A DNA stretch of 51,524 bases from Betaproteobacteria bacterium (GTDB lineage Bacteria; Pseudomonadota; Gammaproteobacteria; Burkholderiales; Burkholderiaceae_C): NCBI GenBank assembly GCA_038126555.1, contig JAYPFZ010000004.1, positions 8,431 to 59,954 of the forward strand, in the 5' to 3' direction. Position 1 is the first letter of the stretch, and every line of letters begins with the position of its first letter. Below the pieces are notes generated by a model, which saw only the letters and a list, made by a program, of their open reading frames with translations, was not told where the DNA came from and made no database searches. A program made the position numbers and the translations under genes. Below are positions 36,896 to 46,475 of this stretch, piece after piece.

Positions 36896-37513
36896 ATGGA
36901 TGCCCAGACACACAAGCCTACCGATTGGTCTTTTGTGGTCATTGCCACTTTGGCCTCCGGCTTGTTGTTTGTGCTGTTTCACCGGTTCAATGCTTGGCTA
37001 TTCAGTGCCATCGAGTTCAGCCACCAGGTCAATTGGGTGTTTTTGCCCAGCGGCTTGCGCCTGATCCTGATCCTGTTGCTCGACAAATGGGGGGCTTTGG
37101 GCATTGTTTTGGGTGGGTTTTGGCTGTCTGCCGATGCCGAAGACTTCGAATGGGATCAACTCGTCAGCCCCATTTTGTCGGGCGGCGCGCCCTACGTCGC
37201 CTTGTTGTGGATGAAAACTTGGCAAGCCCGGCTTGGGGCCAGCCAGACCGAGACCGCTCCGACCGCCCGTTGCCTGGTGGAGGACGATTTATCGGGTTTA
37301 ACCCCGGCTTGTTTGGTCAAGCTGTCCACGGGTTTTGCTTTGGTGAGTGCCACTGCTCACCAGGTTTGGTTCGCTTTGGATCAAGCCGACTGGGGCTCAC
37401 TGATGGGCTGGGTGCCCATGTTCGTGGGCGATGTGCTGGGCAATCTCATCATGTTGAGCTTGTTGTGGCTGGCCATTCAGGCTTTGCTCAGACGGGGCAA
37501 GCCCTCCCATTGA
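36896..37513 (+). CDS. Stand-alone MASE1-like membrane sensor protein
   Basis: WVFLPSGLRL near N-terminus and FVGDVLG near C-terminus; multi-TM; no output domain. Confidence 0.7.
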   Translation: MDAQTHKPTDWSFVVIATLASGLLFVLFHRFNAWLFSAIEFSHQVNWVFLPSGLRLILILLLDKWGALGIVLGGFWLSADAEDFEWDQLVSPILSGGAPYVALLWMKTWQARLGASQTETAPTARCLVEDDLSGLTPACLVKLSTGFALVSATAHQVWFALDQADWGSLMGWVPMFVGDVLGNLIMLSLLWLAIQALLRRGKPSH

Positions 37514-37528
37514 AACGCCCCACAGGGC

Positions 37529-37822
37529 TCATCGAATGGTGCGGTGGCATTCGTTGCGGTTGTCCGGATCCTTGATCTGATCGCAGGCCGCCTTGTTGTG
37601 CTGCACCACCGCCAGACAAAAATATTTTTGATCTGCCTTGGGAATGCGTTCGCAACGTTTGGGGTCTTTGTCTCGAATCGCTAAGCAGCGGTTGGTGTGC
37701 TCGTCATTTTTGAGGCCCTCACAGGGCTTGAGCTGGGCCTGAACAGAACCCGACCACACGCCCAGCAAACCCATCAGGAGCGTGGGCAGCAGCCAGCGAT
37801 GGACAGAAAGGACGTTTTTCAT
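37529..37822 (-). CDS. Small secreted protein with three Cys-pair repeats
   Basis: Signal peptide ending VQA; three ~23-aa C-x11-C units. Confidence 0.75.
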   Translation of the reverse strand: MKNVLSVHRWLLPTLLMGLLGVWSGSVQAQLKPCEGLKNDEHTNRCLAIRDKDPKRCERIPKADQKYFCLAVVQHNKAACDQIKDPDNRNECHRTIR

Positions 37823-37882
37823 GAAACCGCACATGAAGTGGACCCGCAAATTGTGCCCAGACTCATGCGCAAAGGGAAGAGG

Positions 37883-37978
37883 TGACGAGCCTTAACCCCG
37901 GCACTGGCTCTGCAGTTAGGGCTGCTGGGTTCCCCCCCTGACCCGGTTGGCTGCTTCACCATGCGGGAAGGCCCGTCA
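37883..37978 (-). ncRNA. ffs: Signal recognition particle RNA (4.5S)
   Basis: Reverse complement has helix-8 motif GTCAGG-GGG-GGAA-CCC-AGCAGCC; ends TGACGGGCCTT/AAGGCTCGTCA pair; TACAAT -10 at 37985-37990; next to dnaX. Confidence 0.92.
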
Positions 37979-38034
37979 GGACTCATTGTAGGGGAGGGCC
38001 AACTGGCGTGCTCAGGTGTTCTTAGAATGTGGGC

Positions 38035-39663
38035 ATGACCCAACTCGTGCTGGCCCGTAAATATCGCCCCAAGGTGTTCTCCGCCTTGGTGGGGCAACCG
38101 CATGTGGTCAAGGCCATCACCAATGCCCTGCAGACCCAGCGCCTGCACCATGCGTATTTGTTCACGGGCACGCGCGGCGTTGGCAAAACCACCATCTCCC
38201 GCATTTTGGCCAAGTCCCTCAATTGCGAGGTGGGCGTGACGGACCAGCCGTGTGGCGTGTGCGAGGCCTGTGTGGCGATTGATGCGGGCCGCTTTCCCGA
38301 CTACATCGAGCTCGATGCCGCATCGAATCGAGGCGTGGATGAAATTCAACAGTTGCTCGACCAATCGGTGTATCGACCGGTTCAAGGGCGCTTCAAGGTC
38401 TTCATGATCGACGAGGTGCACATGCTGAGCAACCACGCGTTCAACGCGATGCTCAAAACCCTGGAAGAGCCCCCCGAGCACCTGAAGTTTGTGTTGGCCA
38501 CCACCGACCCGCAAAAGGTGCCGGTGACGGTGTTGTCGCGCTGTTTGCAGTTCAACCTGCGCCCCATGGCGGCCGACACCGTGTTTGATCATTTGCAAAA
38601 GGTGCTGGCCGATGAAGGCATGAGCGCCGACGATGAAGCCTTGCGCATCTTGGCCCAAGCCGCGCGCGGCTCCATGCGCGATGCCTTGTCGCTCACGGAT
38701 CAAGCCATCGCTTATTGCGCCCAGCAGCTCAATGCGGCTGGCGTGCGCGACATGCTGGGCATGGTGAGCCAAGAGCCGGTGTTGGCCCTGTTCAAGTCGC
38801 TGTCCCAAGGGCAGGCTGCCGAGATGCTCGAGACCCTCACCGCCTTGCGTCAGCAAGGGGTTTCGGCCTTGTCCATCTTGGATGAAATGGTGGACCTCAC
38901 CCACCGCATGGCCGTGGCGCAAGCCACAGGCCTGGCCCATGACCCCTCCGACCCTCACCCCTTGGCCGAGCGTTTGCTGGCTTTGGCGGCCGAGTGGCCT
39001 GCGGATGACCTGCAGTTGCTCTACAGCCTGTGTTTGCATGCGAGGTCAGAAAACGGTCTGGCGCCCGATGAGCATGCCGCCTTGTCCATGGCCTTGCTCC
39101 GGTTTTTGGCGTTTCGACCCGCCGAGGCTGAAAAAAAAAGCCCTGAATTAGCCCAAACCCTGCCGGTGATCGAGGTTCAGGCCCCAGCGCCGGTTGAACC
39201 TGAACGCGAAGCGCCAACAGGCTTGGCCAGCAACCCCTTGCCTTCGGGCGATGCTTGGTTTGAACAGGTTGAGCAGTTGCTCAATCGACAAGCCATTCAA
39301 GCCCTGACCCGAGAGCTGGCCCTCAATTGCCAGTGGTTGGGCGAGGACGAACAGGCCTGGCTGTTGCGCACCGACAAGTCCGCCCTCAACACCCAGGCCA
39401 ACCGTGAGCGCCTGCAATCGGCCCTGGCCGAGTTGGGCCACGCCGTCACGCTGCGCATTGAAGTGGGCCCGGTCACCGACACCCCCGCCTTGCGCTTGGC
39501 CGCCGAGCAAGCCCGGCGCCTGGCGCAAGCCCAATCGCAGGTCTTGGCAGACCCCTATGTGCAGCGCCTGATGCGAGAATTTGGCGCTCAAATCGTGCCT
39601 GGAAGCATTCAACCCCCAAGGAAAGACTTATGTTCAACAAAGGACAACTCGCCGGCCTCATGA
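38035..39663 (+). CDS. dnaX: DNA polymerase III subunit gamma/tau
   Basis: [16 protein letters not shown], zinc module [17 protein letters not shown]; C-terminal tau domain. Confidence 0.97.
   Translation: MTQLVLARKYRPKVFSALVGQPHVVKAITNALQTQRLHHAYLFTGTRGVGKTTISRILAKSLNCEVGVTDQPCGVCEACVAIDAGRFPDYIELDAASNRGVDEIQQLLDQSVYRPVQGRFKVFMIDEVHMLSNHAFNAMLKTLEEPPEHLKFVLATTDPQKVPVTVLSRCLQFNLRPMAADTVFDHLQKVLADEGMSADDEALRILAQAARGSMRDALSLTDQAIAYCAQQLNAAGVRDMLGMVSQEPVLALFKSLSQGQAAEMLETLTALRQQGVSALSILDEMVDLTHRMAVAQATGLAHDPSDPHPLAERLLALAAEWPADDLQLLYSLCLHARSENGLAPDEHAALSMALLRFLAFRPAEAEKKSPELAQTLPVIEVQAPAPVEPEREAPTGLASNPLPSGDAWFEQVEQLLNRQAIQALTRELALNCQWLGEDEQAWLLRTDKSALNTQANRERLQSALAELGHAVTLRIEVGPVTDTPALRLAAEQARRLAQAQSQVLADPYVQRLMREFGAQIVPGSIQPPRKDLCSTKDNSPAS
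39131..39151 (+). other. Candidate dnaX recoding site: A9 run with stops in both shifted frames
   Basis: GAA AAA AAA AGC; -1 frame AAG CCC TGA, +1 frame GCC CTG AAT TAG; lies just after domain III. Confidence 0.65.
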
Positions 39664-39959
39664 AGCAGGCCCAAGCCATGCAGGACAACCTGCGCAAAGC
39701 CCAGGACGAGCTCAAAACCATTGAGGTGTCGGGTGAATCCGGCGGTGGCATGGTCAAGGTCACCCTGACCTGTGGTCATGAGGCCCGACGGGTGGAACTG
39801 GACCCTTCCGTGATGGATGACAAAGAGTTGTTGGAAGATTTGTTGGTTGCTGCCTTCAACGCCGCCGCCCAACAGGCTGAGCAACTCAGCCAGGAAAAAA
39901 TGGGCAAATTGACCGGGGGCATGCCTGGCTTGCCCGGTGGCCTCAAGCTGCCGTTCTGA
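39630..39959 (+). CDS. ybaB: YbaB/EbfC nucleoid-associated protein
   Basis: [28 protein letters not shown]; dnaX-ybaB-recR order. Confidence 0.95.
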   Translation: MFNKGQLAGLMKQAQAMQDNLRKAQDELKTIEVSGESGGGMVKVTLTCGHEARRVELDPSVMDDKELLEDLLVAAFNAAAQQAEQLSQEKMGKLTGGMPGLPGGLKLPF

Positions 39960-39967
39960 ACCGCACC

Positions 39968-40564
39968 ATGAACGCGGCACCTGCGCTGGAGGCCTTGGTG
40001 GAGGCCCTCAAAGCCTTGCCCGGCGTGGGCGTGCGCAGTGCCCAGCGCATGGCCTTGCATTTGCTCGAGCGCGATCGCCCCTCGGCCCTTGCTTTGCAGG
40101 CTGCCATTGCGCGTGCCCTCGACGAGGTTCGCCATTGCCAGCGGTGCAACACCTTCACCGACCAACCCGTGTGCGCCACCTGTTTGGACGACAGCCGGGA
40201 CGCCACCCGCTTGTGTGTGGTGGACACCGTGTCGGATTTGTCGGTCATTGAGCGCACGGGCACCTACCAAGGGCACTATTTCGTGCTGATGGGGGCGCTC
40301 AACCCCTTGCAGGGGGTGAGCCTGGACGACACGGGGCTCAAGGCCTGCATCGATCGCGCCAGCGATGGTCGGGTGCAAGAGGTGATTGTGGCCACCGGCT
40401 TTCATGCCCAAGGCGAGCTCACCGCACATGCCTTGACCACCGCTTTGAAACGGCGCGGGGTGCAAGTGACCCGTCTGGCGCGTGGGGTGCCGGTGGGTAG
40501 CGAATTGGAGTTTGTCGACCTGGGCACCATTGCCCATGCGTTGTTGGATCGGCAGGTTCGCTGA
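39968..40564 (+). CDS. recR: Recombination mediator RecR
   Basis: LPGVG.RSAQR HhH; C4 zinc finger; Toprim domain; RLARGVPVG. Confidence 0.96.
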   Translation: MNAAPALEALVEALKALPGVGVRSAQRMALHLLERDRPSALALQAAIARALDEVRHCQRCNTFTDQPVCATCLDDSRDATRLCVVDTVSDLSVIERTGTYQGHYFVLMGALNPLQGVSLDDTGLKACIDRASDGRVQEVIVATGFHAQGELTAHALTTALKRRGVQVTRLARGVPVGSELEFVDLGTIAHALLDRQVR

Positions 40565-40665
40565 GGCGCTGACTGTCGCTCAAGTTCCGTTTTGCGGGAA
40601 CATCCTAATGGGGTCGGGTTGCGGGCTCTTCTAAGCTTCTGCCATCTAACGAGCAGGAGCATTCG

Positions 40666-41709
40666 ATGTCACAACCCATTCAACGACGCACTTTCAATCA
40701 ATGGCTGGGGGATTCCACCGCGACCGTGGCAGCCCCTTGGGTGCATGCGGCCCAAAAGCTCGAAAAGCCCACGGTCTCTTTGGCGGTGGGTGGTAAAGGC
40801 GCCTTTTACTATTTGCCCCTCACGATTGCCGAGCAACTGGGCTATTTCAAAGACGAAGGCGTGGAGCTGAAGATCAGCGACTTTGCGGGGGGCTCCAAAG
40901 CTTTGCAAGCCGTCGTGGGTGGCTCGGCCGATGTGTGCTCTGGCGCCTACGAGCACACCATCAATTTGCAGGCACGCAACCAATTCTTCCAATCCTTTGT
41001 GCTGCAAGGCCGCGCACCCGCCATTTCCTTGGGGGTGTCCACTAAAACCTTGCCGAACTACAAAAGTGTGAAAGACCTCAAGGGCAAAAAAATTGGGGTC
41101 ACCGCGCCGGGCTCATCCACCAACATGGTGGCCAACCTCATCCTGTCGCGGGCTGGCATGAAGCTCACCGATGTGAGCTTCATTGGTGTGGGCACCTCGG
41201 CCGGTGCCTTGTCGGCCCTGCGCAGCGGCCAAATTGACGCCATCTGCAACATCGATCCGGTGATCACCATGCTCGAACAAAAGGGCGACATTCGCATCAT
41301 CACCGACACCCGAACCCTCAAAGGCACCCGCGAGGTGTTTGGCGGCAACATGCCTGCTGGCTGTTTGTATGCCCCCCTGAAGTTCATTCAGGAAAATCCC
41401 AACACCACACAGGCCCTCACCAACGCCATGGTGCGAGCGCTCAAGTGGCTGCAAACCGCTGGCCCTTCCGACATCATCAAGACCGTGCCTGAAAACTACC
41501 TCTTGGGCGACCGTGCCTTGTATTTGGCGGCCTTCAACAACGTGCGCGAAGCGATTTCACTCGATGGCGTGGTGGCGGCCGACGGCCCCAAAACCGCCTT
41601 GAGCGCTTTGTCGAGCTTCAACCCCAAAGTGAAGTCGGCCTCGATTGACTTGTCCAAAACCTACACCAACCAATTTGCGCTGCAGGCGAAGAAGAAATAC
41701 AAGGCCTGA
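40666..41709 (+). CDS. ABC transporter substrate-binding protein (NitT/TauT, NMT1-like), Tat-like signal
   Basis: RRTF; YLPLTIAEQLGYFKDEG; KGKKIGVTAPGSST. Confidence 0.9.
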   Translation: MSQPIQRRTFNQWLGDSTATVAAPWVHAAQKLEKPTVSLAVGGKGAFYYLPLTIAEQLGYFKDEGVELKISDFAGGSKALQAVVGGSADVCSGAYEHTINLQARNQFFQSFVLQGRAPAISLGVSTKTLPNYKSVKDLKGKKIGVTAPGSSTNMVANLILSRAGMKLTDVSFIGVGTSAGALSALRSGQIDAICNIDPVITMLEQKGDIRIITDTRTLKGTREVFGGNMPAGCLYAPLKFIQENPNTTQALTNAMVRALKWLQTAGPSDIIKTVPENYLLGDRALYLAAFNNVREAISLDGVVAADGPKTALSALSSFNPKVKSASIDLSKTYTNQFALQAKKKYKA

Positions 41710-41717
41710 AAGCAAAC

Positions 41718-42533
41718 ATGACGGCAGCTGTGACGTTTGACCGGGTGAGCTGCGCCTTTCGCAGCAACACCGGCGTGGGTTCGTATTTGGCGGTGTCCGA
41801 CACCTCGTTCGAGGTGGGCGAGGGCGAGTTTGTCTCGGTGGTGGGCCCCACGGGGTGTGGCAAGTCCACCTTGCTCAACGTCGCCGCCGGTTTGTTGGCG
41901 CCGTCGTCGGGAGAAATCCGAATCGGTGGACAGGTCTTGAACGGGATCAACACCCGAGCAGGCTACATGTTCCAAAGCGAAGCCCTCATGCCTTGGCGAA
42001 CCGCCTATGACAACGTCAAGCTGGGTCTGGAATACCGCGGTCTCTCCGATGCCGATGCCCACCCCTTGGTGATGTCGTGGTTGGAACGCGTGGGCTTGGC
42101 GGGCTTTGAAGACCGATACGTGCACCAGCTCTCGGGGGGCATGCGCAAGCGCGTGTCCTTGGCGCAGACCTTGGTGCTCGACCCCGACATCATCCTCATG
42201 GATGAGCCCTTTTCAGCCTTGGACATTCAAACCCGACAGCTGATGGAAAACGAAGTCCTCGATTTGTGGGCAGCCAAACGCAAAGCGGTGCTGTTCATCA
42301 CCCACGACCTCGACGAAGCCATCGCCATGAGCGATCGGGTGGTGGTGCTCTCGGCGGGGCCTGGCACCCACCCCATGGGCGACTTCGTCATCGATTTGCC
42401 GCGCCCGCGCGATGTGGCTGAAATTCGCACCAACTCGCGTTTCATCGAATTGCATGCCCAAATTTGGGATGTGTTGCGTGAAGAGGTGCTCAAGGGCTAC
42501 GCCCAGCAACGGCGCAAAGGGGCCGACGCATGA
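41718..42533 (+). CDS. ABC transporter ATP-binding protein (NitT/TauT)
   Basis: GPTGCGKST, LSGGM, LMDEPF, ITHD. Confidence 0.95.
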   Translation: MTAAVTFDRVSCAFRSNTGVGSYLAVSDTSFEVGEGEFVSVVGPTGCGKSTLLNVAAGLLAPSSGEIRIGGQVLNGINTRAGYMFQSEALMPWRTAYDNVKLGLEYRGLSDADAHPLVMSWLERVGLAGFEDRYVHQLSGGMRKRVSLAQTLVLDPDIILMDEPFSALDIQTRQLMENEVLDLWAAKRKAVLFITHDLDEAIAMSDRVVVLSAGPGTHPMGDFVIDLPRPRDVAEIRTNSRFIELHAQIWDVLREEVLKGYAQQRRKGADA

Positions 42534-43366
42534 GCGCTACCCCTCACACCACCACCCGCTTGCGCCTGTATCAGTTGGGTTTGTTGTTGATCCTGTTGCT
42601 GGGTTGGCAATGGGCTTCGCGCAACGAGCAGGTGGCATTTTTCATTGGTGAGCCCATTCAAGTGATGGGTCGGATTTGGTCTTGGTTTTTGCCCATCGAC
42701 ATTGCCGCCAATGCGCTGTTCCCTGAAGGCTTAACTGGAGCTGCTGACATTTACCCCCATTTGGGTGTGACCTTGCTGGAAACCTTGCTGGCGTTTGGCC
42801 TGGGTACGGTGGCGGGCATGGGCTTGGGTTTGTGGCTGGGCTTGTCGCCCACAGCCAGTGCCGTGTTGGACCCCTTCATCAAGGCGGCCAACTCCATGCC
42901 TCGGGTGATCTTGGCCCCCATTTTTTCGCTTTGGTTTGGCTTGGGCATTTGGAGCAAGGTGGCCTTGGCGGTGACCCTGGTGTTTTTCATTGTGTTTTTC
43001 AACGTCTACCAAGGCATTCGTGAGGTGAGCCCGGTGTTGATTGCCAATGCGCGCATGCTGGGGGCACGCAAAGACCAACTCTTGAAAACCGTTTATCTGC
43101 CCAGCGCCACCAGCTGGGTGTTCTCCAGCTTGCACACCTCGGTGGGTTTGGCGTTTGTGGGGGCCGTGGTGGGTGAATACCTGGGCTCAGCCCAAGGCGT
43201 GGGCTACTTGATTCTTCAGGCCGAAGGCACTTTCGATGTCAACACCGTGTTTGCCGGCATTGTGGTGCTCACGGTGTTCGCTTTGGTGCTGGATGCAGCC
43301 GTGGGCCGGATTGAAAACGGGCTGATGAAGTGGCAGCCCAAGACCAGCCAAACCGAAAAAATCTGA
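42530..43366 (+). CDS. ABC transporter permease (NitT/TauT)
   Basis: EAA-like loop NARMLGA; GAVVGEY...GVGYLI. Confidence 0.93.
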   Translation: MSATPHTTTRLRLYQLGLLLILLLGWQWASRNEQVAFFIGEPIQVMGRIWSWFLPIDIAANALFPEGLTGAADIYPHLGVTLLETLLAFGLGTVAGMGLGLWLGLSPTASAVLDPFIKAANSMPRVILAPIFSLWFGLGIWSKVALAVTLVFFIVFFNVYQGIREVSPVLIANARMLGARKDQLLKTVYLPSATSWVFSSLHTSVGLAFVGAVVGEYLGSAQGVGYLILQAEGTFDVNTVFAGIVVLTVFALVLDAAVGRIENGLMKWQPKTSQTEKI

Positions 43367-43373
43367 ACGACGT

Positions 43374-44861
43374 TCAGCGTTTGTTGGTCCGCTTTTTGTC
43401 GGCGTTTTTCACAGCCTGTTTTTTCGAGGCCACGGCAACGCCGGGGTTGGCCACCAGCAGCTTTTGACCTGCACGCAAAGAACGGGCGTCTTTGAGGTGG
43501 TTCCATTGCAGCAATTGCTTGACGCTCACCCGATGACGTCGGGCAATGGCGCCCAGGGTTTCGCCGCGCTGCACCACCACCACCCGATGGCTGGCGTTGT
43601 ATTCGGGCATGAGGTTGATCTGCCCGGTCTCGGCAATGCGCTCGCTCACGTCGGCAGACTGTTGGGTTCGCGGCACCACCAAGGCTGAGCCTTTGCGAAT
43701 CACGGTGTTCTTGGGGATGTCGTTGACTTCACGCAGTTGCGCCTCGCTCATGTGGACCAGTTTGGCGGCATCTGCCGTGCGCAGGTTTTTGGGGGCGATC
43801 CAGACGGTCCAAGTGGCCAAGGGGCTGGCGTGGGTTTTGAGGTTTTTCTGGAAGATCTCGGCGTTGTCCCAGGGCAGCAGCAGGTTGTCGGTGACAGCCC
43901 CCATGAGCAAGGGACGCTTGGCTGAGGGGTTGAGCTGGCGGAACTCCTCCACCGTCAGGCTGGCCAATTCGGCGGCTTTGGCCACGTCGATGTCGAAGTC
44001 CAGGGGAATGGTCTGGAAATACGGGTGGTTTTTGATGACCCGCAATTGAATGCCAAAGCGATCGGGATGCGCAATGATGTTTTTGATGGCCTGAAACTTG
44101 GGCACGTAATGGCGGGTTTCGTTGGGCATGCGCAAGTCTTCATAGCCCGTGCCTTTGCCGCGCTTGCGGTTGTAGGCCTGAGCGCGCGACACATTGCCTT
44201 CGCCCCAGTTGTAGGCCGCCAGGGCCAAATGCCAGTCGCCAAACTGGTTGTAGAGCTTTTGCAGGTAGTCGAGCGCAGCGCGGGTGGAGGCCATCACGTC
44301 CAGTCGATCATCCCGGAATGCGTTTTGGGTGAGGTCGAAGTTTTTGCCTGTTTTGGGCATGAACTGCCACATGCCGCTGGCTTTGGCGCGTGACAAGGCT
44401 TCCGGGTTGAAAGCGCTTTCGATGAAGGGCAGCAAGGCCAATTCCAAAGGCATCTTGCGCGCTTGCACTTCCTCGACGATGTAGTAGAGGTAGCGGTTGG
44501 CGCGGTCCGTCATGCGTTCGATGTAGTCGGGCTGGCGGGCATACCAGCGCTCGCGCTCGCGCACCAAGTTGTTGTCGAGGTCGGGCATGGCAAAGCCTGA
44601 GCGCATGCGCACCCAAATGTCAATGGGCAGGGCCACTGAGGTGACGGGCGTCAGGCTGGCCGGGCTGGCCTCGATGGGTTTGAGCGGGCCATCGCCCAAC
44701 ACGGGAATCGGGGTGTCGGCAGGCACGGTTTGCGCCGCAACGACGGCGGGCTGTTCCGCTGGCGCAGGGGTGGGTGCACCGCTGACAGGCCCGGTGACGG
44801 AAGGGGGCAGGGTGGCACAGCCCGCTAAAGCGAGGGTCAGACAAATTGCCAGTCGGTTCAT
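43374..44861 (-). CDS. mltD: Membrane-bound lytic murein transglycosylase D (SLT + LysM lipoprotein)
   Basis: Lipobox LAGC; IESAF, GMWQF, AAYNWG, ET..YV; C-terminal LysM; ATGA overlap with gloB. Confidence 0.93.
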   Translation of the reverse strand: MNRLAICLTLALAGCATLPPSVTGPVSGAPTPAPAEQPAVVAAQTVPADTPIPVLGDGPLKPIEASPASLTPVTSVALPIDIWVRMRSGFAMPDLDNNLVRERERWYARQPDYIERMTDRANRYLYYIVEEVQARKMPLELALLPFIESAFNPEALSRAKASGMWQFMPKTGKNFDLTQNAFRDDRLDVMASTRAALDYLQKLYNQFGDWHLALAAYNWGEGNVSRAQAYNRKRGKGTGYEDLRMPNETRHYVPKFQAIKNIIAHPDRFGIQLRVIKNHPYFQTIPLDFDIDVAKAAELASLTVEEFRQLNPSAKRPLLMGAVTDNLLLPWDNAEIFQKNLKTHASPLATWTVWIAPKNLRTADAAKLVHMSEAQLREVNDIPKNTVIRKGSALVVPRTQQSADVSERIAETGQINLMPEYNASHRVVVVQRGETLGAIARRHRVSVKQLLQWNHLKDARSLRAGQKLLVANPGVAVASKKQAVKNADKKRTNKR

Positions 44862-45628
44862 TTGAATTGATTTTTCCATTCGCGCAGCGAGGCCAGCACG
44901 GCCTCGGGATTGTGTGCGGGTTCGCCACGCTGCTGAATCGCTTGGATCACATCGGGTTGGCGCACCCTCAAAAAGGGGTTGATCTCGCGCTCCGTTTGCA
45001 GGCGAGCGGGCAAGGTGGGTTGCTGTTGTTCGCGCAGCGTTTGGCAAGCCGACGCGTAGGCCTGCAATGCCGGGTTGTGGGGCTCAACGGCCAAGGCGAA
45101 ACGCAGGTTGCTGAGGGTGTATTCGTGGGCACAACACACGCGGGTGTCATCGGGCAGGGCGGCCAGGGTGTCCAGCGAGGCCAGCATTTGGGCCGGTGTG
45201 CCTTCGAAGAGTCGGCCACATCCGGCGGAAAACAAGGTGTCGCCACAAAAGAGCAGGGGGGCTTGGTTTTCGGGTCGAACCACATAGGCCAAGTGCGCCG
45301 CGGTATGGCCCGGAACCCACAGCACCTCGGTGTCAGCGCCCAGCACCTGAATGGCTTCCCCGCCCGCGAGGGCTTGATGGGGAAAGGGGTAATCGTCGAG
45401 GCTAGGCGCGTAGACGGTGGCAGGGCCTTGGGCCAGCAAGGTTTCCACGCCGCCCACGTGATCGGCATGGTGGTGCGTGACTAGAATCGCCTTCAAATTC
45501 AGCCCCCGCTCCGCGAGCACGTGTTGCACGGGGTGGGCCTCACCGGGATCGATCACAACGGCGTCAGGGCCATGATGAAGCAACCAGATGTAGTTGTCTT
45601 GAAAAGCGGGAATGGCGAGCAGCTGCAT
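44858..45628 (-). CDS. gloB: Hydroxyacylglutathione hydrolase (glyoxalase II)
   Basis: THHHADHVGG, PGHT..H, GDTLF..GCGR.FEG, HEYT. Confidence 0.95.
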   Translation of the reverse strand: MQLLAIPAFQDNYIWLLHHGPDAVVIDPGEAHPVQHVLAERGLNLKAILVTHHHADHVGGVETLLAQGPATVYAPSLDDYPFPHQALAGGEAIQVLGADTEVLWVPGHTAAHLAYVVRPENQAPLLFCGDTLFSAGCGRLFEGTPAQMLASLDTLAALPDDTRVCCAHEYTLSNLRFALAVEPHNPALQAYASACQTLREQQQPTLPARLQTEREINPFLRVRQPDVIQAIQQRGEPAHNPEAVLASLREWKNQFK

Positions 45629-46475
45629 GAGTGAGCCCATTATAGAAATGCAAGATTCGGGTTCGGTTTGGTCTCGCCCCTTGGGTCAGTCCTACTTGCA
45701 ATGGGCGCAAACGCAACTCGATCAGTCGGTGGTGGACTTGTTTGGCTACCACGCCATTCAGCTGGGCTTTCCCGAGCTGGATGCTTTGCGGTCCAGCCGC
45801 ATCCAGCACCGATGGTATGCCCACACCGAAGCCAGTCCCCTGCAGGCCTTTGCCCCGCCTTCGTTTCGCGATCGCCCCGATGCCGTGGCGTGGATGGATT
45901 CCACCGCCTTGCCCTTGGCCCCTCAAAGCCTCGATCTGGTGGTGTTGCCCCACACCTTGGAACTCAGCCATGACCCGCACCAGACCTTGCGCGAGGTGGA
46001 GCGGGTGCTGGTGGCCGAGGGCAAAGTGGTGATTCAAGGGTTCAACCCCTGGAGCCTGTGGGGCTGGCGACAACAGCGCAGCCGTTGGTTGACGCGCTTG
46101 AGCGTGGGTGAGGTGTTCATGCCCGATCATGGCGAGTGGTTGGGCATCAAGCGGGTGCGCGATTGGTTGCACTTGCTGGGCTTTGAGGTGCAAACCAGCG
46201 CCTATGGCGTGTATCGCCCGGCTTGGGAGTCGGCGCAGTGGCTGGCGCGAACCGAGTGGATGGAGCGGGCCGGGGACCGGTGGTGGCCCTTTGGCGGCGC
46301 CGCCTACGCCTTGGTCGCCATCAAGCGGGTGCGTGGCATGCGCTGGGTCAAGCCCATCTGGCGGCGTAGCCCAGCCCGAGGCCGTCGCGCGGTCACCAGC
46401 CTGAATTCAACCGGCGCGCACCGTCACAACCCAGGCCAGGCCTTGGGTCAGGGCGTGCCTCAACGAAAGACGTGA
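45627..46475 (+). CDS. Class I SAM-dependent methyltransferase (YafS-like)
   Basis: LP...[29 protein letters not shown]; gloB-yafS-rnhA synteny; start could also be 45648. Confidence 0.85.
   Translation: MSEPIIEMQDSGSVWSRPLGQSYLQWAQTQLDQSVVDLFGYHAIQLGFPELDALRSSRIQHRWYAHTEASPLQAFAPPSFRDRPDAVAWMDSTALPLAPQSLDLVVLPHTLELSHDPHQTLREVERVLVAEGKVVIQGFNPWSLWGWRQQRSRWLTRLSVGEVFMPDHGEWLGIKRVRDWLHLLGFEVQTSAYGVYRPAWESAQWLARTEWMERAGDRWWPFGGAAYALVAIKRVRGMRWVKPIWRRSPARGRRAVTSLNSTGAHRHNPGQALGQGVPQRKT

Noticed and set aside
39173-39201. Hairpin AGGTTCA/TGAACCT as a dnaX frameshift stimulator
   Set aside because: Starts ~34 nt after the A-run, too far for a typical 3' stimulator
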